From NCBI RefSeq assembly GCF_004010195.1, contig NW_025215381.1, positions 182,662-246,661 on the forward strand: 64,000 nt of DNA, read 5' to 3'. Below the pieces are notes generated by a model, which did not search any database, had not been told where the DNA came from, and saw only the letters and a program-made list of their open reading frames with translations. This DNA is from Chiloscyllium plagiosum (lineage: Eukaryota). Shown piece after piece: positions 1-11,974 of the stretch; within the stretch, counting starts at the first letter, position 1, and each line of letters opens with the position of its first letter. The position numbers and the translations under genes were made by a program.

Positions 1-895
1 GATTAGACAGTGTGTGACCCGGGGAGGATTAGACAGTGTGTGACCCGGGGAGGATTAGACAGTGTGTGACCCGGGGAGGATTAGACAGTGTGTGACCCGG
101 GGAGGATTAGACAGTGTGTGACCCGGGGAGGATTAGACAGTGTGTGACCCGGGGAGGATTAGACAGTGTGTGACCCGGGGAGGATTAGACAGTGTGTGAC
201 CCGGGGAGGATTAGACAGTGTGTGACCCGGGGAGGATTAGACAGTGTGTGACCCGGGGAGGATTAGACAGTGTGTGACCCGGGGAGGATTAGACAGTGTG
301 TGACCCGGGGAGGATTAGACAGTGTGTGACCCGGGGAGGATTAGACAGTGTGTGACCCGGGGAGGATTAGACAGTGTGTGACCCGGGGAGGATTAGACAG
401 TGTGTGACCCGGGGAGGATTAGACAGTGTGTGACCCGGGGAGGATTAGACAGTGTGTGACCCGGGGAGGATTAGACAGTGTGTGACCCGGGGAGGATTAG
501 ACAGTGTGTGACCCGGGGAGGATTAGACAGTGTGTGACCCGGGGAGGATTAGACAGTGTGTGACCCGGGGAGGATTAGACAGTGTGTGACCCGGGGAGGA
601 TTAGACAGTGTGTGACCCGGGGAGGATGGGGATCCCAGTGAGATTAGACAGTGTGTGACCCGGGGAGGATGGGGATCCCAGTGAGATTAGACAGTGTGTG
701 ACCCGGGGAGGATGGGGATCCCAGTGAGATTAGACAGTGTGTGACCCGGGGAGGATGGGGATCCCAGTGAGATTAGACTGGGTGACCCGGGGAGGATGGG
801 GATCCCAGTGAGATTAGACTGTGTGACCCGGGGAGGATGGGTAACCCAGTGAGATCAGACAGTGCGTGACCTGGTGGGATGGTGGTACCAATGAG
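1..895. repeat. Minisatellite: ~24 perfect 26-bp units (GATTAGACAGTGTGTGACCCGGGGAG), then ~6 decaying 43-bp units carrying an extra GATGGGGATCCCAGTGA
   Basis: Units start at 1, 27, 53 ... 599. The 43-bp period is seen at 599/642/685/728. Confidence 0.97.
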
Positions 896-1033
896 ACTGA
901 GGCGGAGCTCATCCAATGCACATGTGAGTTTTGGAGTCTGTGCTATTGTTTGGTATAGAGTTGTGTGGTTCATATTCAATAGATTTGCATCTCATTTCTC
1001 ACTACTGTTTCTTGTCTCCTGATCTGGTCTCCT

Positions 1034-1350
1034 GGCATCACGGTGGCTCAATGGTTAGCACGGCTGTTTCACAGCGCCAGGGACCCTGGTTCAATTTCAG
1101 CCTCTGATGACTGTCTGTGTGGAGTTTGCAAATTCTTCTCATGTCTGCATGGGTTTCCTCCAGGTCTCCCACAATCCAAAGGTGTGCAAGGTTAGGTGAA
1201 TTGGCCATGCTAAATTACCCAAAGTGTTCAGGGATGTGTAGGTTAGGTGCATTAGTCAGGGGTAAATTATAGGATAATAGGAAAGCAGAATGAGTCTGGG
1301 TGGGTTACTCTTCGGAGGGTCGGTGTGGATTTGTTGTAGAGTTTCTATTC
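1034..1350 (+). mobile_element. HE1-like tRNA-derived V-SINE
   Basis: tRNA-like head with A/B boxes (GGTGGCTCAATGGTTAGC...GGTTCAATT) followed by the V-domain TGTGTGGAGTTTGCA...GGGTTTCCTCC. Confidence 0.85.
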
Positions 1351-2779
1351 CATTCCATTTGTGTTAGTCCCACAGCTGAATGGTGAGAGATCTGCCAGTT
1401 CATGACATTATAGATTACAGTTGAATGCAGTTCTTCTATGCTGTGACCTACAACAAGCCTTCTCAGTTCTCAGGTTTCATTTCTTGGATCTGTTTTGAGT
1501 CCAACTTACTACAGTGATAGTGCCACACAGCACAATGGGGGGTGTCCCCAAAGTGAAGTTAAGATTTTGGCTCCACTTGTCAGTTCCTAATTTGAATTGA
1601 AGAGGACTGTGCAGGTTTGACTCTACAGCTAACTCTCATTTCCATTGTCTCAGTCAATGTCACGTGATTCATCCAACTTTTGTTTTTCATTAGTCGATCA
1701 TCATGGTTTCATGTAACTGAAGTGGTGTGTTCAGCCACTTCAGAGCCAGTTAACAATTCTCCACGTAGCAGTGCCTCTGGAATTGCCTGCAGAATACTCT
1801 GTGCCAGGAATAAGTCTGGTTTTACCTTGCACTGCGTGCCAGTGAAAGTTGCTGGTGTTGAGATGGGGCTGGTGGGAGCCCATCTGGAACTGAGTTGTGG
1901 AGATCAGTAGGACTGACAGGATTTCACAACGAAACTGTCACTGTCACAGAAAAGGAAGTGGCATTATTGATCGACTATTAATCCAGAGACTCCAGATAAT
2001 GTCCTGGGTCTCTGAATTGAATCCTGCAATTGCAGTTTGTGGTATTTGAATTCAATAAAAATCTGAAATTCAGAGTCTTAATGGTGACCATGAAACATTA
2101 TCTTTTGTTCTACAATATTCTTTGAAACTGTGGTGAACATAATCACAGTCTGTCTAACATTTTAGGTATCAATCTCGTAAATATCCTTTGAACTGCCTCC
2201 AATGTATTTATACCCCTTCCTTAAATAAAGAGATCAAACCTACATTCAAATTTGAGAAGTGGCCTCACCAGTGCCCTGTATAACTGAGGCGTAAAATCAT
2301 TCATTTGAAGTTCAGTTGCTGGCATGATAAAGGATTGCCTCCCAGTAGCCTTCCTGATTGCGGTGACTCTTAACTGCCATCTGGGTAGTTAGGGATGGGC
2401 AGTAAATGCTGATTTAGGCAACCATGTCCACACCTTGTGAATGAATGCAAAACAAAATCTGATCAAGAGTGTTCATCATAAGTTTCACTGATTTACTGAG
2501 AGGAAAGGAGGGAATGTTTTATTGTTTAACACGGCAATGTTCTCACTGCATTATTCTCTGTCTACCCCTCCTATTGATATATATTTATTACAGAATCTGG
2601 GAACACTTGTCATCAGCATTGCTGAAGGTTTAAACAGGGAAGAAGATCCAACATCTCACAAGGTGTTCGAATGGACACAGGTAGGTTCACAAGCTGCTAT
2701 AACATGTCATTTTTACCTTTAAAAAGGGCCCTGAACCTGCACAAGAACTTGCAGCACAGGCAGGAAGAGGGAACAAGAT

Positions 2780-4545
2780 GAGCTGTGTAGAAAGGGGGAA
2801 GTGAATAACCACCTTTAGTCTTCACTCTGGAAAAGAAGGGCAGAGGTGTGGAATTCAAGTAAAGTGACTCTGAGGAATTTGTACAGTTTTACATAGGAAC
2901 TGGGAGGTATTGGAGGCTGTGTCAGGCTTAGAAACACAGCAACAATTTGTTGCTGTGGAAAGCGAGGCAGGAAATTGCATGGACTCTGACACAGAATTTT
3001 AATTCCTGTCCGGCCACGGGAGCAGTGTCAGAGGAGTGGAGGATAGCTAATATGGTCCACTTTTCAAGAAGTGATAAAGATGAACCAGGAGATTATAGAC
3101 CATTGAGTTTCGTATCACTGGTAGCAAGGTATTTGAAAAAAGGAGAGAATGAATATCCACTTGGAAAGGCATATTTTAACTTAGGATAGTCAGCCTGGCT
3201 TTATCAGAGAGAGGAGAAAGTGAGGTCTGCAGATGCTGGAGATCAGAGCTGAAAATGTGTTGCTGGAAAAGCGCAGCAGGTCAGGCATCATCCAGGGAAC
3301 AAGAGAATCGGCATTTCGGGCATAAGCCCTTCTTCAATTCTCTTGCTCCCTGGTTGCTGCCTGACCTGCTGCGCTTTATCAGAGGGAGGTCAGGCCTAAC
3401 AAGTTTGTTAGAATTTTTGAAAAACGTGATCAAGTGTGTGTATGAGAGAAGTACAGTTGATGTAATTTATATGGATTTCCCCACAGTTTTTAACAGGGTC
3501 CTACAGGGATTTTGAAAATGGTTAAATCATGCGGAATTCATGAAATGTGGCGAGATGGATCAGAAACTGGCTTAGTAATAGGACACAAAAGACAATTGTG
3601 GTAGAAGGCTAGAGGATGGTGTCCAGCAGTGTGTCGCAATGATCAGTACTGGGACCCTTTATAGTTTATTATATACATAAATGGTTTAGATGAATATCTG
3701 GGGAAATGTTAAACAGGTTTGCAGACAAGACCAAGATTTATGGGGTGTTTAATAGTGAAGGAGATGGTCACAGGTTGCGGAAAGATATAGATGGATTCGT
3801 CAGATGGGCAGACCAGTGGCAGATGACATCTAAACCTGCTGAGAGCGAAGCAATGCACTTTGGAAGAAACAACAAGATAAGGGAGTGTTTAATGAATGGC
3901 AGGACACTGGGTAGCTTAGAGGAACAGAGGGATCGTGGGGTATTTGTTCAGAGATCCCTGAAGTCGGCAGAGCACATGATTAGGACGGTTAAGATGCCAG
4001 GTACTAGCTTTCAATAGTCTAAGACAAGGAAATAATGGTGGGGTTATACAGGGTGTTGGTTAGGCCACAGCTGGAGTACAGGAAAGATGTGATCGCACTA
4101 GAGGGGACACAGAGGAGATTCACCAGGATATTGCCCGGGATGGAGCAACTATGGTGTAAGGACAGTCTATACAGGCTTGGGTTGCTTTCTTTAGAGCAGC
4201 GAAGATTATGAATATAGCCAGGGTGAATATAGAGCAGCTGCTTCCCTGGGTTGAAGGTTCAGTCACAAGGAGATCATAGTTTTGGGTAAAGGGCAGGAGA
4301 GTCAGAGGGAATTTGAAGCAAAAAATCTTTTTTTCTCAAAGAATGGTTGGAAAGTGGAATGTACTGCCTGGGCAGGTAATTGAGGCCAGAAGAGTTATAA
4401 CATTTAAAAAAATATTTGGACGAGCACTTCAATGATATGGGACAAGTGCAGGAAATTGGGATTAGTGCACTTTTAGTGGTAGTTATGTCGGTGCAGACAC
4501 AATGGGCCCAGGGCCTTTTGTCCGCTGTATGATTCTGATTCTATA
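2780..4545 (+). mobile_element. Degenerate CR1 (HER1-like) LINE ORF2 3' part, interrupted by a Penelope pLTR insert
   Basis: ORF fragments EEWRIAN..PGDYRPLS, SGLTSLLEF..VDVIYMDF and FADKTKI, with many stops and frameshifts. Confidence 0.9.
3215..3372. mobile_element. Short fold-back Penelope-like pseudo-LTR insert
   Basis: pLTR segment followed by its reverse complement. Flanking direct repeat GCTTTATCAGAG(A/G)GAGG at 3198-3214 and 3373-3389. Confidence 0.8.
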
Positions 4546-5099
4546 TTGAAAGCTATTACAGTCACAGGTGGAGGGGAACTCCTGAATACTGCTCCTGAAC
4601 TGGTAACTAGTATTGGGACTGGAAGGTGGTTGAAGGTAGAGATTCAGAGCAGGGTCTTCCTGAACAACAGTGAGACATCAAGGAGGGCACCCCAAGTGGG
4701 GCATCGGTGAGGGGCAATTGGGACAAAGGAAAAGTAAAAAAGACAATTGGTGATTCTGTAGTCAGGAGATTAGAAGGACTTTTAGAAAGACGTGAGCTGT
4801 GACCAGGTCATGAAGGTTAAGTCACCTCCCTAGTATCAAAGGGAAGAACATTGTGTTTAACACAAGAAGGAACAGACCGGGCTTGAGGGTTGATGATTTC
4901 TGGATCATTTTGCACTGTTTGTCTGTTGGAGGAGAGGAATATGAGGCAGATCAGTGTAGGTTAAGGCGTTGAGCAGGAGGGAAGTGTTCATGTTTTTGGA
5001 TACTTGATGCGAGTTGAGAGAGAAGGGACAAGACTGCCATGAGTTTGAAAACTCTTTCATGGGGATGTGGGCATCATCGCCCATCTCTAGATCCTGATA

Positions 5100-5855
5100 G
5101 TATGGAATGGCCCGCCCATTTGGCCCAACAAGTCCACACCGACCCTCGTCCCACCGACTAACCGTCCCAGAGCCATTCCCCTACCTTATTACCCTACACT
5201 TAGGAAAGCCTAGCGAGCTTTAACTAATAATAACAAGAGAACAAGAAAAATATATTCAAGTATTAAAGATCCTTTATTGATTGCTTCTCACCACGTGGCG
5301 GGGGAGCCCAGAAATCCCGAGTGTGTGCTTACACATGAGGCAGTGCTGCAAGCGCTCTCCTGCGTGATTACATAAGCCAAGGCTTTTTATACCTTTTCTT
5401 TTAAAAAAAAAGAGGTGTTTCCTGCAGTTTCGCACACAACTGCCCTTAATTCAGTTACTGCTGGGACATGTTGGGACCGGCCTTTTGTCACGTTAGCTTG
5501 CTGTTCACAGCAGTTTCTTTGTTTTCTTAGTTTATATTCGGCCATGTCCAAGCTAACCACGCCCTTTCCCAACACCATTTTGTTTAACATATCAGTTTCA
5601 AGCAAGATAAAATGTATCATTTTACACTTAATCCTGGCTAATGCACCTAACCTACACATTCCTGAATACTATGGGCAATTTAGTATGGGCAATTCACCTA
5701 ACCTGCACGTCTTTAGATTGTGGGAGGAAACCGGAGCACCCGGAGGAAACCCACACAGACACAGTGAGAATGTGTAAGTTCCACACAGTTGTCCAAGGCT
5801 AGAATTGAATCCAGATCCCTGGTGCTGTGAGACAGCAGTGCTAACCACTGAGCCA
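5100..5855 (-). mobile_element. HE1-like V-SINE split by an LTR-like insert
   Basis: SINE 3' part at 5100-5200. V-domain and tRNA head (reverse complement) at 5630-5855. Confidence 0.8.
5203..5626 (-). mobile_element. Solo-LTR-like insert
   Basis: Interrupts a SINE, with ACACTTA repeated at 5196-5202 and 5624-5630. The minus strand starts TGT and has TATAAAAA (5391-5384) and AATAAA (5278-5273) in U3-R-U5 order. Confidence 0.6.
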
Positions 5856-6597
5856 CAGTGCTGTCCTCTAATTGTCCATGAACTGAATGGCTTGCTTAGC
5901 CAATTCAGTGGGCATTTCCAATTTGAAATATTACTGTTGGTGTGGAGACACGTGCAAACCAGACCAATGACGGAAGTCTTGGGCTGTCCTTAAACAACAT
6001 TAGTGAATGAGATGGAACTTTACAACAGTGAGTGATCGTTTCTGGTCTAGGTTTCAATTCCAGTTCTGACTAATGAACTGAACTTAAATTTCCCCAGCTG
6101 CTGTGTCCCAGTGTATTAGCTTGGGCCCAGTGATATTAGCATCATTCCTTTGACTGGACCAAGCCACCATCAGCAATGACTTTGGCTGACACTCTGCCCG
6201 TTGATGCTATGTGATTGGAGGTTTTGAAATATCCAGATCTTAGTATAGATCAGGCAGTTCATGACTGACAACGAAACTGTTGGTTGGGTGTTGACCGTGA
6301 TTTTGACCCTGCGATGAAGGAAGGCTAATATGTGTCGAAGTTGGAAGGTGTGTGACTTGGACGGGAAACTCATGGTGTTGACATTCCCATGTACCTATTG
6401 CACTTGGTCTACTGGATGGCATGATGTATTAGCTGGAAGAAAGTGTTTAGATCTCCATGAGATTCCTTGGAAACAGACCCTGATTGCTACTTCAGTTGAG
6501 TGAAAAGAAATGAGAGAATGCCAGTGTTTAAAAACACAAAGTGAGAGTTCAGGAGCACAAAATTGTTCCCAGGGGCACCGTGGGCGGCACGGTGGCA

Positions 6598-7097
6598 NNN
6601 NNNNNNNNNNNNNNNNNNNNNNNNNNNNNNNNNNNNNNNNNNNNNNNNNNNNNNNNNNNNNNNNNNNNNNNNNNNNNNNNNNNNNNNNNNNNNNNNNNNN
6701 NNNNNNNNNNNNNNNNNNNNNNNNNNNNNNNNNNNNNNNNNNNNNNNNNNNNNNNNNNNNNNNNNNNNNNNNNNNNNNNNNNNNNNNNNNNNNNNNNNNN
6801 NNNNNNNNNNNNNNNNNNNNNNNNNNNNNNNNNNNNNNNNNNNNNNNNNNNNNNNNNNNNNNNNNNNNNNNNNNNNNNNNNNNNNNNNNNNNNNNNNNNN
6901 NNNNNNNNNNNNNNNNNNNNNNNNNNNNNNNNNNNNNNNNNNNNNNNNNNNNNNNNNNNNNNNNNNNNNNNNNNNNNNNNNNNNNNNNNNNNNNNNNNNN
7001 NNNNNNNNNNNNNNNNNNNNNNNNNNNNNNNNNNNNNNNNNNNNNNNNNNNNNNNNNNNNNNNNNNNNNNNNNNNNNNNNNNNNNNNNNNNNNNNNN
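6598..7097. other. Assembly gap (500 N)
   Basis: Run of N. The gap starts inside a SINE head (GGGCGGCACGGTGGCA). Confidence 1.
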
Positions 7098-9302
7098 GCA
7101 GACTGTCCCCATGCTGTATCTGTCATTGATTGAGAGGACAGCAGTCAGACCCAATGATGTATCTCACTGACGCACATCACAGCACATTGGCATCATTGTG
7201 TATAAGTCTTTTACTGAGAGGGGTGCAGACTGACCCCATGATGTATCTGTCAGTGACTGTGACGTGCGCAGTCAGACCCACTGTGTATCTGTCACTGACC
7301 CACAGCAGAGCAGGCTGACCCCTGATATATCTCTCCGTGACTGAGAGGAGAGCAGACTGACCTGATGTTGTATCTGTCAGAGACTGTGAGGACAGCAGTC
7401 AGGCTCAATGATGTATCTGTCACTGACCCACAAGAGAGCACACCGACCCCTTGTTGCATCAGTCATTGACGGAGTGGTGAGCAAACTGATCCCAAATGTA
7501 TCTGTCAGTGACATTGAGACAGAGAGAAACATTATGGGGTCAGTCTGCTCTTCTCTCTGTTGTTGACTGGTGCATTTGTGATCAGCCTGCTCTCCACTCA
7601 GTAAATGACTGATGCGTCATGGTGTCAGTGTGCTCTCCCATGGGTCAGTGACAGATAAATCTTTGGGTCTGACTGCTCTCCTCTCAGTCCCTGACAGATA
7701 CATCATGGGATCAGTCTGCTCTCCTCTCAGTCCCTGACAGATACATCATGGGGTCAGTCTGTTCTCATCTCTGTTACTGACACATATATCATGGGGTCAG
7801 TCTGCTCTCCTCTCAGTCCCTGACAGATACATCATGGGGTCAGCCAACTCTCCGCTCAGTCACTGACAGATATATTATGGTGTCAGCCTGCTCTCCCATG
7901 GGTCAGTGACAGATACATCATTGGGTCTGACTTCTCTCCTCTCAGTTCCTGACAGATACAACATGGCAGCAGGGTGCTCTTCGCTCAGTCACTGACAGAT
8001 ACATCATGGGGTCAGTCTGCTCTCCACTCAGTCCCTGACAGATACACCATGGGGTCAGTCTGCTCTCCTCTCAGTTACTGACAGATACAACATGGGGTCA
8101 GTCTGCTCACCTCTCAGTTACTGACAGATACATCATGGGGTCAGTCTGCTCTCCACTCAGTCCCTGACAGATACACCATGGGGTCAGTCTGCTCTCCTCT
8201 CAGTCACTGACAGATACACCATGGGGTCAATCTGCTCTCCTGTCAGTTACTGACAGATACATCATGGGGTCAGTCTGATCTCATCTCTGTTACTGACACA
8301 TATATCATGGGGTCAGTCTGCTCTCCTCTAAGTAAATGACTGACAAATCATGGGATGAGTGAGCTCTCCTCTCAGTCACTGACAGATATATTATGGTGTC
8401 AGCCTGCTCTCCCATGGGTCAGTGACAGATACATCATTGGGTCTGACTTCTCTCCTCTCAGTTCCTGACGGATACAACATGGCTTTCAGCTTAGTCTCCA
8501 GCAAATTCATCGTGGGATCAGTCTGCTCTCCTCTAAGGAAATGACTGAGAAATCATGGGGTCAGAGTGCTGTCCACTCAGTCTCTGACAGATACATTATG
8601 GATCAGTCTGCTGTCCTGTCTGTCACTGACAGATATACCATGGGGTCAGTCTGCTCTTCTCTCAGTCACTGACAGATACATCATGAGGTCAGTCTGCTCT
8701 CCTCTCAGTTACTGACAGATGCATCATGGGGTCAGTCTGCGCTCCTCTCTGTCACTGACAGATACACCATGGGGTCAGTCTGCTCTTCTCTCAGTCACTG
8801 ACAGATACATCATGAGGTCAGTCTGCTCTCCTCTCTGTCACTGACAGATACACCATGGGATCAGTCTGCTCTCCTCTCAGTTACTGACAGATGCATCATG
8901 GGGTCAGTCTGCTCTCCTCTGTGTTACTGACAGATACATCATGGGGTCAGTCTGCTCTCCTCTCAGTCACTGACAGATACATCATGAGGTCAGTCTGCTC
9001 TCCTCTCAGTTACTGACAGATGCATCATGGGGTCAGTTTGCTCTCCTCTCAGTCACTGACAGATACATCATGGGGTCAGTCTGCTCTCCTCTCAGTTACT
9101 GACAGATACATCATGGGGTCAGTCTGCTCTTCTCTCAGTCACTGACAGATGCATCATGGGGTCAGTCTGCTCTCCTCTGTGTCACTGACAGATACATCAT
9201 GAGGTCAGTCTGCTCTCCTCTCAGTTACTGACAGATACATCATGGGGTCAGTCTGCGCTCCTCTCTGTCACTGACAGATACACCATGGGGTCAGTCTGCT
9301 CT
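7098..9302. repeat. 43-bp minisatellite (TCATGGGGTCAGTCTGCTCTCCTCTCAGTCACTGACAGATACA) with an orientation switch at ~7530
   Basis: Period of 43 (e.g. 9068/9111). Units at 7098-7525 are reverse complements of those after ~7530. Confidence 0.95.
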
Positions 9303-9651
9303 NNNNNNNNNNNNNNNNNNNNNNNNNNNNNNNNNNNNNNNNNNNNNNNNNNNNNNNNNNNNNNNNNNNNNNNNNNNNNNNNNNNNNNNNNNNNNNNNNN
9401 NNNNNNNNNNNNNNNNNNNNNNNNNNNNNNNNNNNNNNNNNNNNNNNNNNNNNNNNNNNNNNNNNNNNNNNNNNNNNNNNNNNNNNNNNNNNNNNNNNNN
9501 NNNNNNNNNNNNNNNNNNNNNNNNNNNNNNNNNNNNNNNNNNNNNNNNNNNNNNNNNNNNNNNNNNNNNNNNNNNNNNNNNNNNNNNNNNNNNNNNNNNN
9601 NNNNNNNNNNNNNNNNNNNNNNNNNNNNNNNNNNNNNNNNNNNNNNNNNNN
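9303..9651. other. Assembly gap
   Basis: Run of N. Confidence 1.
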
Positions 9652-10962
9652 GGGGATGAAGGTCAGAGAGGAGGGTGGAGTGGATAGGTGGAAAGGAAGA
9701 TAGGCAGGTAGAACAGGTCGTGGGGACAGTGCTGAGCTGGAAGTTTGGAACTGGGGTGAGAGGGGTGGAGGGGAAATGAGGAAACTGTTGAAGTCCAAAT
9801 TGATGCCCTGCGGTTGAAGTGTTCCGAGGCGGAAGATGAGGCGTTCTTCCTCCAGGCGTCGGGTGGTGAGGGAGCGGCGGTGAAGGAGGCCCAGGACCTC
9901 CATGTCCTCGGCTGAGTGGGAGGGAGAGTTGAAATGTTGGGCCACAGGGCGGTGTGGTTGATTGGTGTGTGGGTGTCCCAGAGATGTTCCCTAAAGAGCT
10001 CTGCTAGGAGGCGTCCAGTCTCCGCAAAGTAGAGGAGACCGAATCAGGAGCAACTGATACAATAAATGATATTGGTGGATGTGCAGGTAAAACTTTGATG
10101 GATGTGCAAGACTCCTTTAGGGCCTTGGATGGAGGTGAGGGAGGAGGTGTGGGTGCAGGTTTTGTAATTCCTGCGGTGGCAGGGGAAGGTGCCAGGATGG
10201 GAGGGTAGGTTGTAGGGGGGCGTGGACCTGACCAGGTAGTCACGATGGGAACGGTCTTTGCGGAAGGCGGAAAGGGGTGGGGAGGGAAATATATCCCTGG
10301 TGGTGGGGTCTGTTTGGAGGTGGCAGAAATGTCGGCGGATGATTTGGTTTATGCGAAGGTCGGTAGGGTGGAAGGTGAGCACCAGGGTCATTCTGTCCTT
10401 GTTACGGTTGGAGGGGTGAGGTTAGAGGGCGGAGGTGTGAGATGTGGACGAGATGCGTTGGAGGGCATCTTTAACCATGCGGGAAGGGAAATTGCGGTCT
10501 CTAAAGAAGGAGGCCATCTGGTGTGTTCTGTGGTGGAACTGGTCCTCCTAGGAGCAGATACGGCGGAGGCGGAGGAATTGGGAAAATGGGATGGCATTTT
10601 TGCAAGAGGTAGCGTGGGAAGAGGTGTAATCCAGGTAGCTGTGGGAGTCGGTGGGTTTGTAAAAAATATCGGTGTCAAGTCGGTCGTCATTAATGGAGAT
10701 GGAGAGGTCCAGGAAGTGGGGGAATGTGTCAGAGATGGTCCAAGTGAATTTAAGGTCAGGGTGTAATGTGTTGGTGAAGTTGATGAATTGCTCAACCTCC
10801 TCGCGGGAGCACGAGGTGGCGCCAATGCAGTCATCAATGTAGCGGAGGAAGAGGTGGGGAGTAGTGCCGGTATAATTACGGAAGATGGACTGTTCTACGA
10901 AGCCAACAAAGGGACAGGCATGGCTGGGGCCCATACGGAGGAAGTGGGAGGATTCGAAGGAG
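9652..10962 (-). mobile_element. Penelope-like element fragment (RT + GIY-YIG endonuclease), degenerate
   Basis: MGPSHACPFVGFVEQ..LRYIDDCIG..KFT..FLDL..YKPTDSHSYLDY (PLE RT) and C..C/NIIYCISC..LEEERLIFRLGTLQPQGIN (GIY-YIG). Contains stops. Confidence 0.9.
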
Positions 10963-10964
10963 AA

Positions 10965-11420
10965 TCATGGGGTCTTTCTGCTCTCCTCTCAGTCACTGAC
11001 AGATACATCATGGGGTCAGTCTGATCTCCTCTCAGTCACTGACAGATGCATCATGGGATCAGTCATACATCATGGGGTCAATCTGCTCTCCTCTCAGTTA
11101 CTGACTGATACATCATGGGGTCAATCTGATCTCCTCTCAGTCACTGACAGATGCATCATGGGGTCAATCTGCTCTCCTCTCAGTTACTGACTGATACATC
11201 ATGGGGTCAATCTGCTCTCCTCTCAGTTACTGACTGATACATCATGGAGTCAATCTGCTCTCCTCTCAGTCACTGTCAGATACATCATGGGGTCAGTCTG
11301 CTCTCCTCTCAGTCACTGACAGATGCATCAATGTGTCAGTCTATTCTCTCTTGGGTCAGTGACAGAAACACAGTGGGGTCTGTCTACACTCCTTGGAATC
11401 GGTGACAGAGACACAGTGGG
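10965..11420. repeat. Continuation of the 43-bp minisatellite
   Basis: Same unit as 7530-9302, resuming right after the PLE. Confidence 0.93.
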
Positions 11421-11974
11421 GTAAATCTTACCTCTCCGTGGACTAGTTTACATCTGGTACATGGTCAGCTTGGAGTGATTATTCCCAAGTCTCTATTTCC
11501 ATGATGTATGATTGTATTACTCTATGACATTACAGAAGGCAGCCAAATGGCAGGTTCGTCTCTGCACATGCTCAGTGTTTCCACCAGCTCAGAGGCTGAA
11601 ACTTGATGCAGGGGATGGATGGATACACAGAGGGTCTTTCATATGCAGTGGGTGTGTGATGGAGAAACAATAGTGGGCCAGTTCGGGGGAGGGCAGTTAG
11701 CGGACATGGGAGGGAGAAGTTGCTAAATTTGGGCGACTGTAAAGTTAGCCAGCGACTGGGCATTGTGCAAAGTTGGAGGTGGAAAGCAGATTCAGAATTG
11801 AACGACAGAAATAAGGAAGGAGCGAAAGAGGGAAAGAGAGAGAGAGAGGGAAGAAGAAAGAAATCAAGAGGTGGGAAAACGTATACAGCAAGGGAGAAAG
11901 AAGTGGTAAGGGTGAAAAAGACAAAAGGAGAGATTACTGAGGGAAGCAAGAGAGGAAATACCTGGGACCTTAAC

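Noticed and set aside
1034..1110. tRNA-like heads here and at 18022, 46745 and 49415 as tRNA genes
   Set aside because: Each continues into the V-domain and LINE-like tail of a SINE.
6395..7170. Long ORFs containing X runs (also around 9268-9945, 22327-23300 and 63649-63969)
   Set aside because: Artefacts of translating across N gaps.
1..11420. CRISPR-like appearance of the regular repeats
   Set aside because: Units are head-to-tail with no unique spacers, there are no cas genes, and the context is vertebrate.
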